This document shows, piece after piece, positions 56,676-64,000 of a stretch of 64,000 nt of DNA (positions within the stretch are counted from its first letter, which is position 1; each line of letters opens with the position of its first letter). The DNA is from Candidatus Binatia bacterium (lineage in GTDB: Bacteria > Desulfobacterota > Binatia > Bin18). A program made the position numbers and the translations under genes. The notes under the pieces were generated by a model. That model searched no databases. It was not told the DNA's origin and was given only the letters and a program-made list of their open reading frames with translations. The stretch spans positions 2,720,001 to 2,784,000 of the forward strand of contig OY761159.2 of assembly GCA_963664395.2 (NCBI GenBank). The letters run 5' to 3'.

Positions 56676-57533
56676 CTACCCATACTCATAAAACCCCTTG
56701 CCCGTTTTTTTCCCTAAATAATGCGCCGCGACATAATTGCGTAGCAACGGGCAGGGGCGGTATTTGTCGTCACCCAGGCCGTGATGCAGGCGTTCCAAGA
56801 CCGCCAGGCAGGTGTCCAGCCCGATGAGGTCGGCCAGGGCGAGGGGCCCCATGGGCTGGTTGGTGCCGAGCTTCATCCCCTGGTCAATATCCTCCACACC
56901 GCCCACCCCTTCGTATAAGGCATAGATCGCCTCGTTGATCATGGGCAGCAGGATGCGGTTGACCACAAAGCCGGCGTAGTCCTTGGCCTGAATCGTGGTT
57001 TTGCCCATTTTCCTGGCCAACCCATTAATGGCGGTATAGGTCTCGTCAGCGGTGGCCAGGCCGCGCACAATCTCGACCAGTTGCATGACGACCGGTGGGT
57101 TCATGAAGTGCATGCCAATGACTTTTTCCGGTCGGTTGGTGACCGCCCCGAGCTGGGTCAGTGAGATGGACGAGGTGTTGCTGGCCAGGATCACCTCTGG
57201 CCGGGCGATGTGGTCGAGCTTCCGAAAGATATCCTCCTTGATTGCGGAGTCTTCCGGGGCGGCCTCGATAATGACGTCGGCAACCCCCAGGTCTTCGAGG
57301 ACGGCTGTACCAGCCAGCCGACCGAGAATGGCGCGTTGCTCATCGAGCGACAACTTGCCCCGGTCGGTCAGGCGCGCGAGTCCCTTCTGGATGTTCCCCA
57401 GCGCGCGGTCAACGATCTCCTGGTTGACGTCGTACAGCAACACCGCCATGCCCGCTTGAGCGGCAACCTGACCGATCCCGCTCCCCATTTGTCCTGTGCC
57501 AACAATCCCGACCGTTCGAATATCCATGGTCAT
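56676..57533 (-). CDS. hbd: 3-hydroxybutyryl-CoA dehydrogenase
   Basis: VGTGQMGSGI, ASNTSSI, GMHFMNP, PMGPLALADLIGLD, LGKKTGKGFY. Confidence 0.93.
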   Translation of the reverse strand: MTMDIRTVGIVGTGQMGSGIGQVAAQAGMAVLLYDVNQEIVDRALGNIQKGLARLTDRGKLSLDEQRAILGRLAGTAVLEDLGVADVIIEAAPEDSAIKEDIFRKLDHIARPEVILASNTSSISLTQLGAVTNRPEKVIGMHFMNPPVVMQLVEIVRGLATADETYTAINGLARKMGKTTIQAKDYAGFVVNRILLPMINEAIYALYEGVGGVEDIDQGMKLGTNQPMGPLALADLIGLDTCLAVLERLHHGLGDDKYRPCPLLRNYVAAHYLGKKTGKGFYEYG

Positions 57534-57549
57534 ATTCCGCTGAGGTGAA

Positions 57550-58266
57550 TCACTGCTCGGTGCCGCCGCCGGGGTGGAGGGTACCGTTTTTTCCCGTCTG
57601 CGAGCCTATCCACACCTCGCCTCCCTCGTACAGTTCTTTCTTCCAGATCGGGACCGTTTCCTTGAGCTGATTGATCGCGTAATGACACGCCTCAAACGCG
57701 GCGTGGCGGTGACTGGAAGACACGGCTATGGCCACACTGGCCTGTCCAATATCGACCCGGCCGAGCCGATGTATCATGGCGACTTTTTTCACCGGCCAGC
57801 GCTCCAGGACCTCGTGTCCAATCTTGCCCATCTCTTTCTCTGCCATGCCGGGATAACACTCGTATTCCAGCCGGATGACCCGCCGACCGTCATTGCTGTC
57901 TCGGGTCGTACCGACAAAGGTTGCCATGGCGCCCGCACCGGGGTCGGCCACAAAGGCGGTCAACTCGTCCAGGCGAATCGGGTCCTGGGTGAGCGTACAG
58001 GACAGACGACTGTCTGCCCCAACGCCCCCACTCACGGGTGGGATAAAGGCCAGCTCATCGTTATCGTGCAGGGGATGATCGCCATCGACGTATTCCTGGG
58101 CGACGGCAAAGGCGAGCGAACGCTCAACTTCTGCTAGCGCCGGCTGCTCGTGTTTGAGCGCCTCCCAGACCGTCCTGACCGTTGCGCCTTCAGGCACTTC
58201 ACGGCTGTCTTCACTGCGGCCCAGCCGCTCTCGGAGCGAAGCAAAAAAGCGTAACCTAATGTGCAT
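57550..58266 (-). CDS. moaX: fused molybdopterin synthase MoaD-MoaE (MoaX-like)
   Basis: FFASLRE...FIPPVSGG (MoaD), then GAMATFVGTTR, HRLG, HRHAAF, PIWKKE (MoaE). Confidence 0.92.
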   Translation of the reverse strand: MHIRLRFFASLRERLGRSEDSREVPEGATVRTVWEALKHEQPALAEVERSLAFAVAQEYVDGDHPLHDNDELAFIPPVSGGVGADSRLSCTLTQDPIRLDELTAFVADPGAGAMATFVGTTRDSNDGRRVIRLEYECYPGMAEKEMGKIGHEVLERWPVKKVAMIHRLGRVDIGQASVAIAVSSSHRHAAFEACHYAINQLKETVPIWKKELYEGGEVWIGSQTGKNGTLHPGGGTEQ

Positions 58267-58774
58267 GGCGTTCCCCCCGGAGCAGGAACATCATATGGCC
58301 GAGCTCGGGCAGGACGAGTTTGGTCATGCCCAGTTCGACCGCGCCGGTTGAGCCGGGCAAGGAAATAATGACCTTGCCGTTCGCAACCCCCGCGGTGGCG
58401 CGGGTCAACATGGCCGAAGCGCCAATATCTGCGTAACTCAGCATACGGAACATCTCGCCAAAGCCGCTGATTTCTTTTTCGAGCAGGCTCTGGATCGCCT
58501 CGAACGTCGTATCGCGCGGCGCAATACCGGTCCCGCCATTGGTGATAATGGCGTCAACCTCGGGCTGGGCCAGGAGGGCCTGCACCACCGTCGTAATCTG
58601 CTCCGGTTCGTCTTTAAGAATCTGATACGAGACAACCGGCTGACCCTGCTCGGCCAGGAGTTCTTTGATGCGTCTGCCGCTCGTATCCGTCTCTTCGGTG
58701 CGGGTGTCGCTCAGGGTGATAATTGCGCACCGAACCGTTCGGTGGGCTTTGCCTTTATGCTCTGTCACAGCCAT
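58256..58774 (-). CDS. moaB: molybdenum cofactor biosynthesis protein MoaB/MogA
   Basis: ITLSDTR..DTSG, NGGTGIAPRDTT, GFGEMFR, LPGSTGAV. Confidence 0.92.
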   Translation of the reverse strand: MAVTEHKGKAHRTVRCAIITLSDTRTEETDTSGRRIKELLAEQGQPVVSYQILKDEPEQITTVVQALLAQPEVDAIITNGGTGIAPRDTTFEAIQSLLEKEISGFGEMFRMLSYADIGASAMLTRATAGVANGKVIISLPGSTGAVELGMTKLVLPELGHMMFLLRGERHAH

Positions 58775-58855
58775 AGCTCCTGTGTATATACTAGTTGAAG
58801 CCAAGATTGTGAACGACTCGGGGAACGAGACGCGGACGCAAAGAGAGGGATATCC

Positions 58856-59203
58856 ATGCCTGAAAAAATAAAAAAACTGGATCAACAGCGCCACGAACTC
58901 AAGGCGCTCCGGTATCTCTTGGAGAACCATCCGGCAAGTATGCAAAGCCGCGACGGTCTGCCCAGCCGTGAGGATTTCCAGATAGGGGAAAATCGATGGA
59001 TTTTTGACGTCCTACTCACAGCAACAAGCCAGGAGGAAGCCGTCCGCGCAATTGAAAACCTTGATCTTGAAGAGACTGAAGTGGAGTCCTTCCTGCGTCT
59101 CGGCGGGCAGTTCTACCACAGTTATCCCGACATGGTGAAAGAACGGGGCCAGGATTTTCGAGAGGGAAAAATTGAGGTTGTTGACCCCAGCGAGTGGGAA
59201 TAG
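58856..59203 (+). CDS. hypothetical protein (weak resemblance to DnaB N-terminal/DnaG C-terminal helical domain)
   Basis: GAGG RBS; 'ELKALRYLLENHP...EDF...NRWIFDVL' pattern. Confidence 0.55.
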   Translation: MPEKIKKLDQQRHELKALRYLLENHPASMQSRDGLPSREDFQIGENRWIFDVLLTATSQEEAVRAIENLDLEETEVESFLRLGGQFYHSYPDMVKERGQDFREGKIEVVDPSEWE

Positions 59204-59244
59204 CACAAGGACACGCCAGGCCATATCCTTCCCTCTGAGGAGCC

Positions 59245-59337
59245 GGGCAACCACAGGGGGTTGCCCCTACGTTTATTCCCTCGCCCCTTGGGGGAGGGCC
59301 TGTCCTGAGCAGAGTCGAAGGGGGCCAGGGTGAGGGG
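59245..59337. repeat. composite REP-like element with a nested third element
   Basis: Same two-part structure as 60620-60697, plus an internal CCTGTCCTGAGC..GTCGAAGG segment. Confidence 0.8.
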
Positions 59338-59351
59338 TATCCGCGTCCCGC

Positions 59352-60266
59352 TCAGACCCGAACATACGAGCCCGGCAGCGCCATGCCGGCGCATTCTTCC
59401 GGATGCAGCATCTCAGCAAGAATTTCCGCACTCTCCACAATACGTGGCCCAGGCCGGTTATAATAGGCATTGCCGTCTGCCACATATACCCGGTTGTGTT
59501 GTACTGCCGGGAGCGTCTGCCAGTGTAGATGCGCCGTCAGCTGGGGTAGGTCTGTTTGCGATTGTGGAATTTTGAAACCGCACGGGGTGATAACGATAAC
59601 CTCGGGTTGATAGGCGACGAGGGCCTCCCAGGTCACCGTTGGTGTATGCGCGCCTGCCTCAACAAGGCCATATTCTCCACCCGCAATATCGACCAGTTCC
59701 GGAATCCAGTTGCCTGCGGCCATGAGTGGGTCGAGCCATTCCAGACAGGCCACGCGCGGACGGGGAAAATGCTGCGTCTTTTGTTCGACTTTCCCGAGAC
59801 GTTCTTTTGAATCCTGAATCAGCGCTGCCGCATTTTCCTCTCGACCTGTGGCCAGGGCGACATGACGGATATCTGTCCAGATATCACTGAGTTTCTCCGG
59901 TCTGAGTGAAACGACAGTCACGTCCGGAGTCAGAAAACACTGCACGGCGTTTTCAACCTCGGGCAGGGAAACGGCGCACACTTCGCATTGATCTTGTGTC
60001 ACGATGACATCGGGCTTCAACCCTTGCAATACTTCAGTCTTCAGACGATAGACGCTCAGCCCCTCCTGCACAATCTCACGGACCCGGGTATCGATATCGC
60101 TACTCGTCCCACGGGGATCGAGTTTGGGTTCGGTTAAGATGGGGAGACCTGCGACGTCTGAAGGGTAGTCGCATTCATGGGAGACGCCGACCAGGTGCTC
60201 GCGCAGACCAAGCGCGCATATAATTTCCGTACTACTTGGCAGGAGTGAGATAATGCGTTCGACCAT
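59352..60266 (-). CDS. cobalamin/Fe-siderophore-binding protein (BtuF-like), no signal peptide
   Basis: RIISLLPSSTEI..LVGVSHECDYP, TQDQCEVCAV, NRPGPRIVES. Confidence 0.85.
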   Translation of the reverse strand: MVERIISLLPSSTEIICALGLREHLVGVSHECDYPSDVAGLPILTEPKLDPRGTSSDIDTRVREIVQEGLSVYRLKTEVLQGLKPDVIVTQDQCEVCAVSLPEVENAVQCFLTPDVTVVSLRPEKLSDIWTDIRHVALATGREENAAALIQDSKERLGKVEQKTQHFPRPRVACLEWLDPLMAAGNWIPELVDIAGGEYGLVEAGAHTPTVTWEALVAYQPEVIVITPCGFKIPQSQTDLPQLTAHLHWQTLPAVQHNRVYVADGNAYYNRPGPRIVESAEILAEMLHPEECAGMALPGSYVRV

Positions 60267-60286
60267 AAATTTCCAGTTGCTCTCTT

Positions 60287-60469
60287 TTACATGAAAGTAC
60301 GCGACTCAGGGGCCTCGTCCGGTTCCACCTTTTCGCCACAGGCTGAAGCGCACGCAGTGCATACATAAGCAAATGTATTTCCTTCAGGCTGGATACTGTG
60401 TAACTTCTTGTGGACCGGCATGGCTCGGCGACATTGCGCACAGTACAACAAAGATGCCTCAAGCTGCAT
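60287..60469 (-). CDS. small zinc-ribbon protein
   Basis: CAQC...CTAC pairs, 60 aa. Confidence 0.7.
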   Translation of the reverse strand: MQLEASLLYCAQCRRAMPVHKKLHSIQPEGNTFAYVCTACASACGEKVEPDEAPESRTFM

Positions 60470-60619
60470 CCCATTTTCTTTTGCCAAGACTGTTCTCCTC
60501 GGACAATACTGGGGCCGAGCAGGTCTGCCGCCGGCTGCCTCGACCCGCCTACCCGACACCGAGGGCTCCACTATAGCCGTTGCGTTGCGGCTGGGGAACG
60601 GCTACAAAAATTCTCGGAC

Positions 60620-60697
60620 GGGCAACCACAGGGGGATTGCCCCTACATTTACATTTATTCCCTCTCCCCTTGGGGGAGAGGGCCAGGGTGAGGGGGG
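60620..60697. repeat. composite REP-like element (GGGCAACC..CCCTAC + CCCTCTCCCCTTGGGGGAGAGGG..GGGTGAGGGG)
   Basis: Second copy of the element at 59245. Confidence 0.8.
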
Positions 60698-60716
60698 CTC
60701 GACTCGGACATCACGT

Positions 60717-62030
<1,314 letters not shown>

Positions 62031-62119
62031 GTCGGATGAGCGCAGCATAAGCCGACACCTCTCCTAATACCCACCCCGGCCTACGGCCACCCCTCCAAGG
62101 AGGGGAAAAGCACGGAGGG

Positions 62120-62473
62120 CTAATCCAGCAACTCCAGCACCTTTTCAGACGGCCGGGCGATAACTGCCTTTTGATCCTTGATTATAACCGGGCGTTGCAT
62201 CAGCTCAGGATGCCGGAGTAAGACCTCGACCACGGCTTCGCGCGTCACATAGTCGTCCGCGTTCAGACCGAGTTCCTTGAATTTTTTGTCCTTACGGACC
62301 AGTTCCGCGGGTTCATCCGGCAACAGGTCCAGAAAATGTTCAAAGTCTCCTCTGCTGAGGGGGTTCTTGAGATACTCAATCACGTCGAACTCGACGTCGC
62401 GCTCCTGTAAAATATCGAGCGCTCCGCGTGACTTGCCTCAACCGGGATTGTGATACACAGCCAGCTTTGCCAT
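62120..62473 (-). CDS. arsC: ArsC-family (glutaredoxin-type arsenate reductase-like) selenoprotein, Sec at codon 12
   Basis: AAGGAGG RBS, ATG 62473: MAKLAVYHNPG-TGA-GKSRGALDILQERDVEFDVIEYLK...LMQRPVI..VIARP. The TGA aligns with the catalytic Cys of HNPxCSxSR. Confidence 0.85.
62399..62422 (-). promoter_or_regulatory. candidate bacterial SECIS hairpin
   Basis: mRNA GCGCUC-GAUAUUUUACAG-GAGCGC, stem starting 15 nt after the UGA, loop starting with G. Confidence 0.6.
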
Positions 62474-62579
62474 AGCGTCAACCTCCTTCATACTCGTCGC
62501 GCTTGCCAGCTTACCGAGTTGGAGAGCGGACGGCTAGACCGGATTGGCAACGGACCCGACAGCCGGCTACAATTCTCGT

Positions 62580-63995
62580 ATGGATACCCAAAAAACCCGG
62601 CAATTTGTCGAAGCCACCTGGGAGAACAGTATCATCCCAACCCTGACGGAATACCTGGCCATTCCCAACCAATCCCCGGCCTACGACCCGGACTGGCAGA
62701 CGAACGGCTATCTGGACCAGGCGGTTGACCTCATCGCCGGCTGGATTCGCAGCCAGGCGGTTCCTGGTCTGAGCCTTGAGGTGGTCCGGCTTGCAGGCCG
62801 CACGCCCCTCCTCTTTATCGAGGTGCCGGGCGATTCGTCCGAAACCGTACTGCTCTACGGCCACCTGGATAAGCAGCCGCCCATGGACGGCTGGCATGAC
62901 GGGCTCGGCCCGTGGCAACCGGTTCTGAAAGACGGCAAACTGTATGGGCGTGGGGGCGCCGACGATGGCTATGCTGCCTTTGCCTCTCTGACCGCCATTG
63001 CGGCGCTTAAACGCCAAGGCGTTCCGGTTGCCCGCTGTGTGGTCATTATCGAAGCCTGCGAGGAGAGTGGCAGTGGAGATCTGCCCTACTATATGGACGC
63101 CCTGGCCGAGCGCATCGGCACGCCGAGCTTCGTTGTCTGTCTCGACTCGGGCTGTGGCAACTACGACCAGCTCTGGGTTACGACTTCTTTACGCGGTCTG
63201 GTGTCGGGTAATCTATCCGTTTCCACCCTCACCGAAGGGGTCCACTCGGGCGCGGCCAGCGGCATCGTCCCTTCAACCTTTCGTATCTTACGCCAACTCC
63301 TGAGCCGCCTTGAAGACGAGCGGACGGGGGAAATCCTGTCGTCCGAATTTCAGGTTGAAATACCGGCCGAACGGCTCCAACAGGCCCGGACAACCGCGAC
63401 CGTTCTGGGACAGAGCGTCTCGGCAGAATTTCCGTTTCAGCCCGGAGCCCAGGCGGTGACGGCCGATATCCGTCAGCTCTTACTCAACCGGACCTGGCGA
63501 CCCCAACTCGAAATTACGGGCGCGGCCGGCTTGCCGGCGCTTGATCAAGCCGGCAATGTGCTGCGGCCCGTTACTGCGGCCAAGGTGTCGCTGCGGATTC
63601 CGCCGACCCTGGACGCGAACGCGGCTTCAGCCGCTTTACGGCAGCTCTTGGAGCATGATCAGCCCTATGGCGCGCGGGTTTCCTTTGCGCCTGAATGGAG
63701 CGCGTCCGGCTGGAACGCCCCGCCGCTCGCTCCTTGGCTGGAGAATGCCTTGAATAGCGCCTCGCAGGAATTTTTTGGCAAAGACGCGTGCGCCATAGGT
63801 GAGGGAGGGACGATTCCCTTTATGGCCATGCTGGGTGAAAAATTCCCCGAGGCCCAATTCATGATCACCGGGGTGCTTGGGCCCCACTCGAACGCCCACG
63901 GGCCGAATGAGTTTCTGGAACTCTCGATGGGCAAACGGCTGACCGCGTGTGTGGCCCGCGTGCTGGCGGAACACTACACGGCCCTGGGCAGGTAA
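62580..63995 (+). CDS. M20/M25/M40 family metallopeptidase (dipeptidase-like)
   Basis: YGHLDKQPP, LYGRGGADDG, EACEESGS, CLDSG, NAHGPNE. Confidence 0.93.
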   Translation: MDTQKTRQFVEATWENSIIPTLTEYLAIPNQSPAYDPDWQTNGYLDQAVDLIAGWIRSQAVPGLSLEVVRLAGRTPLLFIEVPGDSSETVLLYGHLDKQPPMDGWHDGLGPWQPVLKDGKLYGRGGADDGYAAFASLTAIAALKRQGVPVARCVVIIEACEESGSGDLPYYMDALAERIGTPSFVVCLDSGCGNYDQLWVTTSLRGLVSGNLSVSTLTEGVHSGAASGIVPSTFRILRQLLSRLEDERTGEILSSEFQVEIPAERLQQARTTATVLGQSVSAEFPFQPGAQAVTADIRQLLLNRTWRPQLEITGAAGLPALDQAGNVLRPVTAAKVSLRIPPTLDANAASAALRQLLEHDQPYGARVSFAPEWSASGWNAPPLAPWLENALNSASQEFFGKDACAIGEGGTIPFMAMLGEKFPEAQFMITGVLGPHSNAHGPNEFLELSMGKRLTACVARVLAEHYTALGR

Positions 63996-64000
63996 GGGGC

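Noticed and set aside
60470-60615. Possible cobalamin riboswitch upstream of the Zn-ribbon/btuF-like genes
   Set aside because: Only an AGACCUGC-like piece and one hairpin; core GGGAA/GCCACUG elements not found by eye. An Infernal search would settle it.
60408-60716. N-terminal extension of MiaB in the ORF track
   Set aside because: Runs through REP-like elements and the opposite-strand Zn-ribbon gene; MiaB homology starts at METRSVY

Overview
A gene-dense, moderately GC-rich bacterial chromosomal window. It looks Deltaproteobacteria-like and the gene content suggests Candidatus Binatia/Desulfobacterota_B, but that is inference only. No rRNA, tRNA, CRISPR array or transposase was recognised. 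The left half has housekeeping and accessory genes: DUF5131, tenA, an SfnG-like LLM, trmJ, rpoZ, rpoH, mutS2, a Hel308-like helicase, HDAC, an AurF-like diiron protein, a GST, and a thermolysin-like peptidase with a stand-alone propeptide gene. The right half has an ethylmalonyl-CoA-pathway/B12 cluster (pckG, pduO-type ACAT, mch, mcd, mcl, ecm, meaB, hbd). A cassette sits between mch and mcd: an MFS transporter, a rearranged toluene-monooxygenase-like operon (A-B-E-C-D, no reductase, altered pocket residues) and a HEPN-CBS fusion gene. Near the right end is an ArsC-family gene that the ORF track truncates. It has an in-frame TGA at the catalytic Cys12 position followed by a SECIS-like hairpin, so it is a probable selenoprotein. 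Several GTAG-type REP-like palindrome families and many short tandem duplications are scattered throughout. All family calls come from recognising motifs by eye; no database search was run.
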